Numbered from the stretch's first letter, positions 50,965-62,548 are shown. The stretch: DNA of 64,000 nt from Armatimonadota bacterium (GCA_037445735.1 JBBIJY010000010.1:1-64000), one strand, 5' to 3'. The notes: generated from the letters alone by a model not told the origin. Numbers and translations are program-made.

Positions 50965-52176
50965 CTACGGTCCACCGCCAGCCTGCGAGAAAAGACCCGC
51001 GAAATAGGATGTATAAAAAGTGACCAGAACAATCAGCACGAAGATGGCGACCATCAGGTAGACCAGCACGCCGAAGATGTAGCCCGCCTGATGGGAGCGT
51101 ACCTTGCCCTCCTCCTCATAATATTCGGCGAACTTCTCCATCATGAAGCCCAGCTCGCCCGTGTTCTCGCCCGTCGCGACCATATCCATCACCATCTGGG
51201 GCAGCACGCGCGATTCCTGCAGGCTCTGCGTGATGCCGATACCCGCTTCGATTCGGGAGGCAGCGGGTTTCAGCTGGCTGGCGAGGTACTCATTCCCGCA
51301 GGCATCAGCCGCGATGCGAATCGCCTGCGAGAGGGGCAGTCCCGCATTATAGAGCGCGCTCATCGCCCGCCCGAACCGCGCCAGCGCGAGCTGCCGCAAT
51401 GTGAAGCCCAGCCAGGGGATGGAGACCGTTATCAGCCCCCACAGCCAGCGGAAGCTCTGCGCGCGCAGGGCAATCCGAAACGCCAGCCATAAGGCGGCTA
51501 TCGCGACAATAGCCGTGCCGATGACCGTCGCTGCGAAGCCCGCCAGCGTGTCGGTGAGCGCGCTCCCACCCGTGCGACCCATCAGGCGCAGCACCATGCT
51601 CGGCGCCATCAGAATCGGCACGATCAGCACCAGCACCAGCTTCGGATAGAAAGTGACGCGGCTCAGCAGTCGGCGCAGCTCCAGTTCGCTCTCCAGATAG
51701 TCGGCAATCTGGCGCAGACACTGTTCCAGCACGCCGCCCGCCGTGCCCACCCGAATCATCGCGCGGATCATCGGCGAAAAGAGGGCAGGATGGCGGTCAA
51801 ACGCATCGCTGATCGATTCGCCCGCCAGCACGGCGTCGCGGATATCGAGGATGGCACGGCGCAGACGCGGATGGCGACGCTGGTTGCCCAGCGTGTTCAG
51901 CGCCTGATAGATGGGCACGCCCGCGCTCAGCATCGTCGCCAGCTGACGGAAAAAGATTGCCAGCTCCTTCAGCGGCACGCCCCCAAAGATGGGCGGCGCA
52001 TCGGAACGCGATACCTCACGCAGCACGCCCGTCGGTTCAGATACCGCATATAACTCCAGCAGCCAGTAGCCCTTCGCGCGAATCTGGTCGCTCGCTTCCA
52101 GCCGCGAAGACGCCTGTACCGTGCCGCGTACCTCCTGACCGTTCGGGTCGCGCGCCACATACCGAAAGGTCGCCAT
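50965..52176 (-). CDS. Type II secretion F / type IV pilus platform protein (PilC-like)
   Basis: F.Y.ARD..G, FFRQLATMLSAGVP and GENTGEL motifs. Confidence 0.92.
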   Translation of the reverse strand: MATFRYVARDPNGQEVRGTVQASSRLEASDQIRAKGYWLLELYAVSEPTGVLREVSRSDAPPIFGGVPLKELAIFFRQLATMLSAGVPIYQALNTLGNQRRHPRLRRAILDIRDAVLAGESISDAFDRHPALFSPMIRAMIRVGTAGGVLEQCLRQIADYLESELELRRLLSRVTFYPKLVLVLIVPILMAPSMVLRLMGRTGGSALTDTLAGFAATVIGTAIVAIAALWLAFRIALRAQSFRWLWGLITVSIPWLGFTLRQLALARFGRAMSALYNAGLPLSQAIRIAADACGNEYLASQLKPAASRIEAGIGITQSLQESRVLPQMVMDMVATGENTGELGFMMEKFAEYYEEEGKVRSHQAGYIFGVLVYLMVAIFVLIVLVTFYTSYFAGLFSQAGGGP

Positions 52177-52197
52177 CGCTTCGAATTGTACCTTGAT

Positions 52198-53058
52198 TCA
52201 GCGGCTCTCCAGCAGGAGAGCGGTCTGGGCGAGCGCGTAGAAAGCAGCCATCTCGGTGCGCAGGACACGATCCCCCAGTGAGACGGGGATACAGGCATAT
52301 TCGGAGATCATCGGTTCCCGCTCGTGGGGGGTGAAACCGCCCTCCGGACCGATGATGAGCGTAAGCGCCCTCACCCCCAGCCCCTCTCCCCCGCTGGGGG
52401 AGAGGGGGGAAGCACCCCCTTCTCCCGAAGCTTCGGGAGAAGGGGGCTGGGGGGATGAGGGCACTAACAACTGGCTCAAAACCGCACTCAACAGCGGAAC
52501 TCCCTCATGTTCGTCCAGCAGCAGGCGCGGATGCGGCAGGCGCTCCATCGCCGAGAACCAGTCGCCCACAATCTGGATGGCAGGGTAGCGCGCGCGACAG
52601 GCGACCTCCGCCTCTTCGCGGGCGATTGACTGCCAGCGTCGCTCCCGTGTTGCTCGCTTATCCGCATCGAGCGTCACCAGCGAGCGCTCGGCAGGTGCAA
52701 ATAAAATCTGCACCGCTCCGCCTGCCGTGCAGAGGCGCACCACCTGCTCCGCCTTCTCCGCGCGCACCATCGCCTGCAAAATATACACTTCTATCGGCAG
52801 CTCGGTTGCCAGCTGCTCACGCTCCACGACGGTGAATCGCACTGGATGGGCTGCCGATTGCAACCGCACATGGTACGCCCAGCCCGTGTTGTCCAGCAGG
52901 CAGATGATGTCGCCCTCGCGCAGACGCAGCACATGGCGCACCTGATGCGCAATATCAGGCGGCAACACGCCCGTCTCCAGCGTTTCAGGCGGCACAAAGA
53001 AGCGCGGTAGCCCCCGCGCGCTCAGCCCTTCGGGCGACGAAACACGGCGGCGACCCAT
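52198..53058 (-). CDS. rsmE: 16S rRNA m3U1498 methyltransferase with in-frame repeat insertion
   Basis: H...VLRL..GD, IIGPEGGF and SLGDRVLRTE motifs; start uncertain. Confidence 0.9.
   Translation of the reverse strand: MGRRRVSSPEGLSARGLPRFFVPPETLETGVLPPDIAHQVRHVLRLREGDIICLLDNTGWAYHVRLQSAAHPVRFTVVEREQLATELPIEVYILQAMVRAEKAEQVVRLCTAGGAVQILFAPAERSLVTLDADKRATRERRWQSIAREEAEVACRARYPAIQIVGDWFSAMERLPHPRLLLDEHEGVPLLSAVLSQLLVPSSPQPPSPEASGEGGASPLSPSGGEGLGVRALTLIIGPEGGFTPHEREPMISEYACIPVSLGDRVLRTEMAAFYALAQTALLLESR
52367..52462. repeat. Palindromic repeat inserted in frame in rsmE
   Basis: GCCCTCACCCC..CCCTCTCCC..GGGAGAGGG..CCCCCTTCTCCC..GGGAGAAGGGGG..GATGAGGGC; encodes [31 protein letters not shown]. 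Confidence 0.88.
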
Positions 53059-53924
53059 GAACGCCGTTTACGCACCTCCTCCAGCCTCAAGCCCGCCTTC
53101 TCGAGCGCCCGTCGCACCCTGCGTCCGTTGCGCCCGATAAAGCCCGACACGATATAAAGCCCGCCCTCCCGCAAATAGCGCGGCACGAGCGGCGCGGTCT
53201 GAATCAGGAATCCGCTCAGGATATTGCAGACAATCAGATCGAACGACCCGTGCAGCACGCTCCAGCCATCGCCTTCCAGCACCTGCACGCGATCCGCAAC
53301 GCCGTTGCGCTCGAGATTGCCACGCGCCACCAGCACGGTTAGCGGGTCGTTATCGACGGCGACCACTTCTCGCGCGCCGAGCTTCGCCGCCGCAATAGCC
53401 AGTATCCCCGTGCCCGTGCCGATGTCCGCCACGCGCGAACCCGCCTGAACATATCTGTCCAGCAGCTCCAGACAGAGCGCGGTGGTTGGATGATTGCCCG
53501 TGCCGAACGCTATGCCAGGGTCCAAAATAATGGTGATTTCGCCAGGTTGCGGTTGACGCTGGCTCCAGGAGGGCTGCACGCGCAGGTGTTGCCCGTAGCG
53601 CCGGCTGCGGAAGTAGCGTCGCCAGGCAGTCTGCCAGTCGCACGCCTGCACAGGCACAATCTGCACCGCAATCACGGGTGGCAACCCGAACTGCGGGAAC
53701 TGATTGAACTGTTCCTGAATCGGCATCAGCTGCTCTACCTGCGATTCGGGCAGGTAGCCCACCACGCGCGGGGGCGCCTCCGCGCGAATCAGCCCTGTGC
53801 AGCCGTGCTCCATCAGCACCGCTGCCACTGCCTCCCACAAATCGGGGGGTGCCAGCACCTCCACGCCCAGCCACTGATCATCCTGCCTCGATTCCACAAT
53901 CAGAGCCAATTCCAACCACCCCAA
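53022..53924 (-). CDS. prmA: Ribosomal protein L11 methyltransferase
   Basis: W...WR.YF, LDPGIAFGTG.HPTT and DIGTGTGILAIAA motifs. Confidence 0.92.
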   Translation of the reverse strand: MGWLELALIVESRQDDQWLGVEVLAPPDLWEAVAAVLMEHGCTGLIRAEAPPRVVGYLPESQVEQLMPIQEQFNQFPQFGLPPVIAVQIVPVQACDWQTAWRRYFRSRRYGQHLRVQPSWSQRQPQPGEITIILDPGIAFGTGNHPTTALCLELLDRYVQAGSRVADIGTGTGILAIAAAKLGAREVVAVDNDPLTVLVARGNLERNGVADRVQVLEGDGWSVLHGSFDLIVCNILSGFLIQTAPLVPRYLREGGLYIVSGFIGRNGRRVRRALEKAGLRLEEVRKRRSWVAAVFRRPKG

Positions 53925-53964
53925 AAGTTCAATTCGTCCTTCAGGTACAATCTCCTGCAGACCG

Positions 53965-55509
53965 ATGGAGACCGCTTTCGAGCGCGAGCTGGAGGTGCTG
54001 GTTCGGGCACGCTACCCGCTGATTTACCTGCTCACAGCGGAGGAGCGCCGCGCTGAGGAGCTGGTGCGATTGGTGGCGAACCGCGTGCAGAAGCGCCTGC
54101 ATGTATGGACGCTCACGCGCGGCTACGAGCCGCCCCTGCCAGCACCCGCAGAAGGGGAACGGCGGGAGCGCGTCTCGCCCGATATCGAAGCGTTGCTTTC
54201 GCTGTTCCGCCCCACCGAAAACGCCATCCTGCTGCTCAAAGATTTCCATCCCTATCTGAACGATTCGCGTGTGATTCGGCTGCTGCGTGATCTGGTGCCA
54301 CGACTGCACTCATCGGGGCGCACGCTGATCCTGCTGAGTCCCCTCCTGAAACTGCCCCCTGAGCTCGAAAAAGAGATCACGGTGCTGGAGATGCCGCTGC
54401 CCACGCGCGAGGAGATTGCCCACAAACTGCGCGAGATATTGCTCATGCTGCGCGATAAGCCGGGCGTCGCCACCGATGTGCCGCCCGATGAGTTCGAGGA
54501 GCTGGTGCAGGCGGCGCAGGGACTGACGATGGAGGAGATCGAAAATGTGTGTGCTCGCTCCATTATCGAGCATCGCCAGCTCAGGGCAGAGGTGATTCTG
54601 ACCGAAAAGCAGCAGATTGTGCGCAAGTCGGGCGTGCTGGAATATTACGCGGCGCAGGAGCGCATGGAGGATGTCGGCGGGCTGAATGTGCTCAAGGAGT
54701 GGCTGCGCAAGCGGCGGGCGGCGTTCTCGGAGCAGGCACGCGCGTTCGGACTGCCCACGCCCAAAGGCGTGCTGCTGCTCGGCGTGCAGGGCTGTGGCAA
54801 GAGCCTTACTGCCAAAGCCATCGCCAACCTCTGGGGACTGCCCATGCTCCGCCTCGATGTTGGGCGTGTGTTCGGCAGCCTCGTGGGCGCCTCGGAAGCC
54901 AACATCCGGCTCGCCATCCGCACTGCCGAAGCCGTCGCGCCCTGCATCCTCTGGATCGACGAGCTGGAAAAGGGCTTTTCGGGCGTGCAGAGTTCCGGCA
55001 TGTCGGACGCGGGCACCACCGCGCGCGTGTTCGCCACCTTCCTCACCTGGCTGCAGGAGAAGAAGGCGCCCGTGTTCGTGGTCGCCACCGCCAACGATGT
55101 CGCCCTGCTGCCGCCCGAACTGCTGCGCAAAGGGCGCTTTGATGAGATTTTCTTTCTGGATTTGCCCACGCCATCAGAGCGCGAGCAGATTTTCGCCATT
55201 CACCTGCGCAAGCGGAATCGCGACCCTGCCCGGTTCAATCTCAAGAAGCTGGCGAAGGCGACCGAGGGCTTTTCAGGCGCGGAAATCGAACAGGTGATTA
55301 TCGGCGCGCTGTTCACCGCCTTCGATGCGGGGCGCGACCTCATGATGGATGATTTACTGAGCGAGATTCGCGCCACCATCCCGCTGTCGGTGATGATGCG
55401 CGAGGAGATTGACGAGCTGCGCACATGGGCGCAGCTCCGCGCCCGCCCCGCCAGCAACGGCGAGCGATCCCGTGCAAGAACTGCTTTGAGTTCAGAGGAG
55501 CGCCACTGA
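53965..55509 (+). CDS. Ycf46-like AAA+ ATPase
   Basis: RARYPLIY...[17 protein letters not shown] and [12 protein letters not shown] motifs. Confidence 0.9.
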   Translation: METAFERELEVLVRARYPLIYLLTAEERRAEELVRLVANRVQKRLHVWTLTRGYEPPLPAPAEGERRERVSPDIEALLSLFRPTENAILLLKDFHPYLNDSRVIRLLRDLVPRLHSSGRTLILLSPLLKLPPELEKEITVLEMPLPTREEIAHKLREILLMLRDKPGVATDVPPDEFEELVQAAQGLTMEEIENVCARSIIEHRQLRAEVILTEKQQIVRKSGVLEYYAAQERMEDVGGLNVLKEWLRKRRAAFSEQARAFGLPTPKGVLLLGVQGCGKSLTAKAIANLWGLPMLRLDVGRVFGSLVGASEANIRLAIRTAEAVAPCILWIDELEKGFSGVQSSGMSDAGTTARVFATFLTWLQEKKAPVFVVATANDVALLPPELLRKGRFDEIFFLDLPTPSEREQIFAIHLRKRNRDPARFNLKKLAKATEGFSGAEIEQVIIGALFTAFDAGRDLMMDDLLSEIRATIPLSVMMREEIDELRTWAQLRARPASNGERSRARTALSSEERH

Positions 55510-55530
55510 GCGGGTGAGTGTTCACACCCG

Positions 55531-55531
<1 letters not shown>
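55510..55531. terminator. Hairpin between convergent genes
   Basis: GCGGGTG...CACCCGC inverted repeat. Confidence 0.45.
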
Positions 55532-57717
<2,186 letters not shown>

Positions 57718-57774
57718 GGGCATCCGAAGTATACCCGCCGGGGAAGGTATACTTGCGATGGAGGGGTGAAAACG

Positions 57775-58329
57775 ATGGCAGTGCCGACATCTGCACCCAG
57801 ACGCAGGGGGCGCTACACGGAGCAGGATTTGCTTCGCCTGCGCAACGACGGGCGCAAGTACGAGCTGGTCAACGGGAGGCTTGTGGAGGTGCCAACGGGC
57901 GGACAACACGGCGAGATCGTGGCGGCATTGATCGGACGATTGTATGCCAGCCGACAGCCTGACACGGTTCTTTACAGCGACAGCACAGGCTTCCGCATGC
58001 GCACGGGCAACATTCGAAGCCCCGATGCCGCAGTAATGCGGCGGGAACGGCTGCCCGAAGGGCGTTCGCCCGTCGATTTTGCCGATGGCGCTCCCGACCT
58101 GGCAGTGGAAGTTGTTGCGCCGAGCGAATCACAGGGCGAGCTGGCACAGAAAGTGATCGAGTATTTCGATTCGGGGGCACGAGAGGTGTGGCTGCTGTTC
58201 CCCGACCGCCAGCAGGTCTACCGCTACACTGCCCCCCTGAGCGTGGTGATTCTGAACCGTGACGACATGCTGACGGGTGGCGATATTCTGCCCGACTTCT
58301 CGGTCAAGGTGAGCGAGCTGTTTGAGTGA
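57775..58329 (+). CDS. Uma2 family PD-(D/E)XK endonuclease
   Basis: [20 protein letters not shown] and [10 protein letters not shown] motifs. Confidence 0.9.
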   Translation: MAVPTSAPRRRGRYTEQDLLRLRNDGRKYELVNGRLVEVPTGGQHGEIVAALIGRLYASRQPDTVLYSDSTGFRMRTGNIRSPDAAVMRRERLPEGRSPVDFADGAPDLAVEVVAPSESQGELAQKVIEYFDSGAREVWLLFPDRQQVYRYTAPLSVVILNRDDMLTGGDILPDFSVKVSELFE

Positions 58330-58399
58330 AGGTTGCGCTGCACAAACCCGTGTGGCTCCTGGCAGGAGATGGTGCAGGGAGCACGAATCGCAACGGGGT

Positions 58400-59386
58400 A
58401 TGGAGGCGATTCGCTATTCGGCGCCGGGTCGGGCAGGCATTGTTGGCAATCCCAGCGATTTATATGGCGGCACTGTTATCTCCTGCGCCATCCCGCTGCG
58501 TGCTCGCTGCACGCTTCAGCCGGCTGACCATCTCAGCTTCCAGTCGCCTGCCCGTACGCTGACACCCGACACGCTGGAGCATCAGGGAGACGAGTTCGAC
58601 CTGTGTCGCGTCGCGCTGCAGGCGCTGGGCTATCGCGTCGATACGGCGCGGTTCAGCCTGCGCATCGAAAGCGACATCCCGGTGCAGTCGGGTCTGGCAG
58701 GCTCCTCCGCGCTGTTGACCGCGATTGTGGCGTGTCTGCTTCACTATCAGCGCGAGATGCCCATCCCCCATCAGCTGGCGGAGCGCGTGCGCCAGATTGA
58801 GGCGCAATGCCTGCAGGTCGCCTGTGGCTATCAGGACTTCTATATGGCGGTGTTCGGGGGCGTCAACCTGATGGAGTTTCGCGACAAGGAGGGGCTGGGG
58901 CGTGACGCGAATGAGCCGCTGGCAACGGTGGAATCGCTCAGCAGCTATTTGCGCGGCGTCACGCTCCCGCTCTGGCTGGCGACCACAGGCGGGCAGCGCT
59001 TTTCGGGAGCCGTGCATCGCTCCTTGCGCGAACGCTGGGAATCGGGCGAGCGCGCCGTGATAGACGGCATGGCGCGCGTCGGACGACTGGCACGCGAAGC
59101 CAAACGCGCCCTGCTGGAGCAGAAGTGGCAGACGCTGGGCGCGCTGATGAACGAGAACTACGCTATCATTCACGCGCTGGGTGGCAGCGGTGAATCGCTG
59201 CATCAGCTGGTGCAGGTCGCGCTGGAGAATGGGGCGCTGGGAGCGAAGCTGGCGGGCGCCGGCGGTGCCAGCGGCACTATCATTGTGCTGACCCTTCAGC
59301 CCCAGCGCACGCTCGCCGCCCTGCAGGAAGTTGCCGAACAGATTATCCCCGTCGCCCCGCAGGCGCCCGGCTTGATGGCGTGTTAG
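58400..59386 (+). CDS. GHMP family sugar kinase
   Basis: APGRAGIVGNPSD, IP..SGLAGSSA, G.QD and GAKLAGAGG motifs. Confidence 0.85.
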   Translation: MEAIRYSAPGRAGIVGNPSDLYGGTVISCAIPLRARCTLQPADHLSFQSPARTLTPDTLEHQGDEFDLCRVALQALGYRVDTARFSLRIESDIPVQSGLAGSSALLTAIVACLLHYQREMPIPHQLAERVRQIEAQCLQVACGYQDFYMAVFGGVNLMEFRDKEGLGRDANEPLATVESLSSYLRGVTLPLWLATTGGQRFSGAVHRSLRERWESGERAVIDGMARVGRLAREAKRALLEQKWQTLGALMNENYAIIHALGGSGESLHQLVQVALENGALGAKLAGAGGASGTIIVLTLQPQRTLAALQEVAEQIIPVAPQAPGLMAC

Positions 59387-59398
59387 CCATTTTACCCC

Positions 59399-59426
59399 TT
59401 GACAAGAGTGAAAATGCGGGTATAAT
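59399..59426 (+). promoter_or_regulatory. Consensus sigma70 promoter of the outer-membrane protein gene
   Basis: TTGACA, 16-nt spacer, TATAAT. Confidence 0.75.
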
Positions 59427-59458
59427 CAGAGGCACACTCTACACAAGGAGGGTCTCTG

Positions 59459-59983
59459 ATGATGTACAAGGGAATGCTGTGGCTTTCGGTTGTGGCGCTG
59501 GTGGGAACGCTAACGCTGGTGGCGCCAGCCTGTGCGCAAGAGACGAATCAGCAGGGCTATACGCTATCGGTCGGAGCGTTTTTCCCCTCCAAGAGCGCCG
59601 TGCGTGATGCAACGCAGGATGTGTGGTTCACCGTCGATCTCTCCTACACCTTCCAGACCAGCGAGCCGACCGAGTCGGGCTACTACTACGATCTGGGCGT
59701 GTTCGCGGGATTCTACGGCTCTGGGGATGTGCGTAACATCCCGGTGGGACTGAGCTTCACGGGCTACCTCAACGAACAGTTCTTCTACCGGGCAACCGCC
59801 GGCATCGGCTTTGCGCGTCGCGTGAACGGGGATGATACGACGGGCTTCGCCTGGTCAGTGGGCTTCGGCTACAACTTCAGTGCGGGCACCACACCGCTTG
59901 CTCTCTTCGTTGGCTACAACGGTCAGACAGGCGTGAATGATGAGCTGAACGGGATTGCCGTCACGCTCCAGTTCCGCTTCTGA
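59459..59983 (+). CDS. Small outer-membrane beta-barrel protein
   Basis: Signal peptide (ACA|Q), amphipathic beta-strands, terminal LQFRF; AAGGAGG RBS. Confidence 0.8.
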   Translation: MMYKGMLWLSVVALVGTLTLVAPACAQETNQQGYTLSVGAFFPSKSAVRDATQDVWFTVDLSYTFQTSEPTESGYYYDLGVFAGFYGSGDVRNIPVGLSFTGYLNEQFFYRATAGIGFARRVNGDDTTGFAWSVGFGYNFSAGTTPLALFVGYNGQTGVNDELNGIAVTLQFRF

Positions 59984-60004
59984 ACCCCAGTAGCCCCAAC
60001 CCGC

Positions 60005-60040
60005 AAAAAATCCCCCCACCGGCACCCCGGTGGGGGGATT
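60005..60040 (-). terminator. Rho-independent terminator
   Basis: 14-bp stem AATCCCCCCACCGG / CCGGTGGGGGGATT with 4-nt loop; T6 tail on the minus strand. Confidence 0.8.
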
Positions 60041-60074
60041 GACTGCATTCTGGAAGGAAGGTTACTCTCCATCC
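60005..60074 (-). ncRNA. Candidate small regulatory RNA (~70 nt)
   Basis: Lies between a repeated promoter motif (60076-60107) and a minus-strand terminator; contains anti-SD-like ACCTTCCTTCC. Confidence 0.5.
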
Positions 60075-60075
60075 G

Positions 60076-60107
60076 ATATAGACTCGTGGAAACGCCAAAA
60101 GCGGACA
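60076..60107 (-). promoter_or_regulatory. Alternative-sigma-like promoter motif, copy 2
   Basis: TGTCCGCTTTT-N10-CGAGTCTATAT, identical in blocks and spacing to 39666-39697. Confidence 0.7.
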
Positions 60108-60116
60108 GCAGCTGCA

Positions 60117-60143
60117 GAACCCCGTAAAAAGACGCGCGTCTAA
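60117..60143 (+). promoter_or_regulatory. Possible ECF-type promoter of the prepilin-type gene
   Basis: GAAC-N16-CGTCTAA ending 10 nt before ATG 60154. Confidence 0.4.
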
Positions 60144-60153
60144 CCTTATCGGG

Positions 60154-60762
60154 ATGGCTCATCGAGCGCGTGCGTTCACGCTTGTCGAATTGCTCATTGT
60201 GCTGGCGATCGTGGCGATTGTGCTGGCTCTGCTGATGCCCGTTTACATGCTGTCGCGGCGAGGTGCACAGCGAGCCGTCTGCATTTCGAATCTGCGTCAG
60301 ATTGGGCTGGCAGTACGCATGTATCGGGACGACTATCAGGAGTTGCCGCCCTATCTATCGGCGGTGCGTTCCTATCTCGGTGATACTCGCCTCTTTATTT
60401 GTCCGGTCGACCCGCTGCAGGGTCAGCACAGGGTGGAGTCGACGCTGGGCGACAATTTTCGGCTGGAGGGCAACCACTACCTGCCGAGTGGGGTGAGCTA
60501 TACCTATGTGCCGAACTGGGCGATTGCCCGCATGCTGGGCTGGTGGCAGCCCGGTCCGCCGTATGGCGAGGGCAAATGGGGCGAGCTGACCCCGCTCTCC
60601 GAATGCCACTGGCACTGGGCACGCCAGTTCAATCCCGTCTGGCAGCGGGATCGCATTACGAATGCGCGCGGCTGGGTGCTCATCCTCACGCTCAACGGCG
60701 CCGTGCGCAAAATCCGCGCTGAAACCCCTCCGGAGGACTTTTCACCTGACGACTACCGCTGA
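60154..60762 (+). CDS. Prepilin-type N-terminal cleavage protein (DUF1559-like)
   Basis: RA|FTLVELLIV, CISNLRQIG.A..MY..DY and FICP.D motifs. Confidence 0.85.
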   Translation: MAHRARAFTLVELLIVLAIVAIVLALLMPVYMLSRRGAQRAVCISNLRQIGLAVRMYRDDYQELPPYLSAVRSYLGDTRLFICPVDPLQGQHRVESTLGDNFRLEGNHYLPSGVSYTYVPNWAIARMLGWWQPGPPYGEGKWGELTPLSECHWHWARQFNPVWQRDRITNARGWVLILTLNGAVRKIRAETPPEDFSPDDYR

Positions 60763-60844
60763 GCTGAGGGGCACTACTGCAGGCGGGATGCGGTACAATA
60801 ATATGACAGCCCCGATCGCACGGGAGTGTAAGGAGGCGATGGTT

Positions 60845-61918
60845 ATGCGCGTTGGCATTTTGACAGGTGGGGGCGACTGCCCCGGTCTGAATCCCGCGAT
60901 ACGGGGCGCAACGCTGCGCCTGATACGCGACGGTCATACACCCGTCGGCATCCAGCACGGCTGGCGCGGACTGGTGGAAGGCTGGACCGTTCCTCTCAGC
61001 GTCGAGCGCGTGGACGAGATCATCCGGGAGGGCGGCACCATTCTGGGCACCTCCCGCACGAACCCGTTCAAGCAGGAGGGCGACCTCCAGCGCCTGCTGG
61101 AGAACTATCGCGCCCTTCAACTGGATGCCCTGATCGCCATCGGCGGGGAGGACACGCTGGGCGTCGCCAACCGCCTCTACCAGGAGCATCAGCTCCCGGT
61201 CGTCGGCGTGCCCAAAACGATGGATAACGATTTAAGTGGCACCGACTTCACCTTCGGGTTTGATAGCGCGGTCTCGGTCGCGGTGGAGGCGATGGATCGC
61301 CTGCGCGACACCGCCAAATCGCACGCGCGCATCATTGTGCTGGAGGTGATGGGGCGCCATGCCGGCTGGGTCGCGCTCTATGCGGGCATCGGCGGCGGCG
61401 CCGACTGGATTCTGATCCCCGAAGTGCCCATCGACCTGCACGAGATGTGCGACTACCTGCGCCAGCTCTATGCCGCGGGCAAGCGCTATGCGCTGGTGGT
61501 CGTCTCCGAAGGGGTGGAGCTGCCGTTTGAGCATGATGGGCAGCCGATAGCCACCGACGACTTCGGGCATCCCGTGCTGCGCGAGCGCGCGGTCGGCGCC
61601 CGAATCGCCCAGAAAATCGAAGAGATAACGGGCTTCGAAACGCGCTATGCGGTCATCGGGCATATTCAGCGAGGCGGACCGCCAACGGTGTTCGACCGCG
61701 TGCTGGCGACGCGACTGGCGCTCAAAGCCGCCGAGCTGGTGCATGAGCGCCAGTTCGGGCTGATGGCGGCATTGCGCGGCACCGAGATTGTGGCGATCCC
61801 GCTGGCGGAGGCGGTGCGCGCCCCGAAGTTAGTGCCGCGCGAATTCTACGAGCAGGCGCGACAGATCTTTCAGCGGATACAGTATCAGCCCGAACCACAG
61901 GGCAGCGGAACGCCGTAG
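60845..61918 (+). CDS. pfkA: 6-phosphofructokinase (PfkA family, probably PPi-dependent)
   Basis: TGGGDCPGLN, GGTILGTSR, GGEDT, PKTMDND and MGRHAGW motifs. Confidence 0.92.
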   Translation: MRVGILTGGGDCPGLNPAIRGATLRLIRDGHTPVGIQHGWRGLVEGWTVPLSVERVDEIIREGGTILGTSRTNPFKQEGDLQRLLENYRALQLDALIAIGGEDTLGVANRLYQEHQLPVVGVPKTMDNDLSGTDFTFGFDSAVSVAVEAMDRLRDTAKSHARIIVLEVMGRHAGWVALYAGIGGGADWILIPEVPIDLHEMCDYLRQLYAAGKRYALVVVSEGVELPFEHDGQPIATDDFGHPVLRERAVGARIAQKIEEITGFETRYAVIGHIQRGGPPTVFDRVLATRLALKAAELVHERQFGLMAALRGTEIVAIPLAEAVRAPKLVPREFYEQARQIFQRIQYQPEPQGSGTP

Positions 61919-62545
61919 GGGCACCCAGCTCTCCAGCGGGCGTGCCTGTAGCTCCGCCTCAATTGCCCGAACGACCGCGGGGTGATAGCGCGTGCCGGCG
62001 CCGGCCTGCAACACGCTCAGCGCCGCCTCATAGCCCTCCCGCTGAGCCTGCTCCATCAGGTCCGACAGCGCCGACAGCAGGTGCGCGCTCAGCGGGGCAT
62101 CAGGCTGCTGCGCATAACTCACATGATGAAGGCGCACCAGCGGCGCAACCCCACTCAAGCCCGGAATCTGCTCCACCATCGCCGCGCTGATCTCCGCATG
62201 CCGCATGAGCGTCAGCTGCTCCATCGGTGAGAGGGGCGTCGTTTTATTCAACAGCGCATAGGGCAAGCTCACCATGCTGATGTCGCGCAGGTAGACCGAT
62301 AGCTCCAGCTGTTTGCGTTCCTGCGCGTCGAGTCCCAATCGCGCGCTGACCGCCCGCGCTAACTGCGCCATGGTTTCGGTGTCCCCGTAGCGACCCTGGG
62401 TGCGCAGCTCAATCACCTTCGCGAACGCCCGCAGGGTCTGACAGCGCCAGCGATGGAGCTGGGCGGGTAGAAAAATAAAAGCATAATAGCCCAGCGCACC
62501 GATCGAAGCCAGCACCACTGCCAGACCCAGCCACAGGTTCTCCAT
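61829..62545 (-). CDS. Degenerate HD-GYP domain membrane protein
   Basis: TM helix plus HD-like fold with LRDI in place of LHDI and no GYP; AGTRYHP.VV tail. Confidence 0.75.
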   Translation of the reverse strand: MENLWLGLAVVLASIGALGYYAFIFLPAQLHRWRCQTLRAFAKVIELRTQGRYGDTETMAQLARAVSARLGLDAQERKQLELSVYLRDISMVSLPYALLNKTTPLSPMEQLTLMRHAEISAAMVEQIPGLSGVAPLVRLHHVSYAQQPDAPLSAHLLSALSDLMEQAQREGYEAALSVLQAGAGTRYHPAVVRAIEAELQARPLESWVPLRRSAALWFGLILYPLKDLSRLLVEFARH

Positions 62546-62548
62546 CGC

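Noticed and set aside
169-52462. Palindromic repeats as a CRISPR array
   Set aside because: Copies are dispersed and variable, have at most two units, and no cas genes are present.
59923-60162. 79-aa minus-strand ORF over the sRNA candidate
   Set aside because: It reads through a strong same-strand terminator and overlaps both flanking genes.
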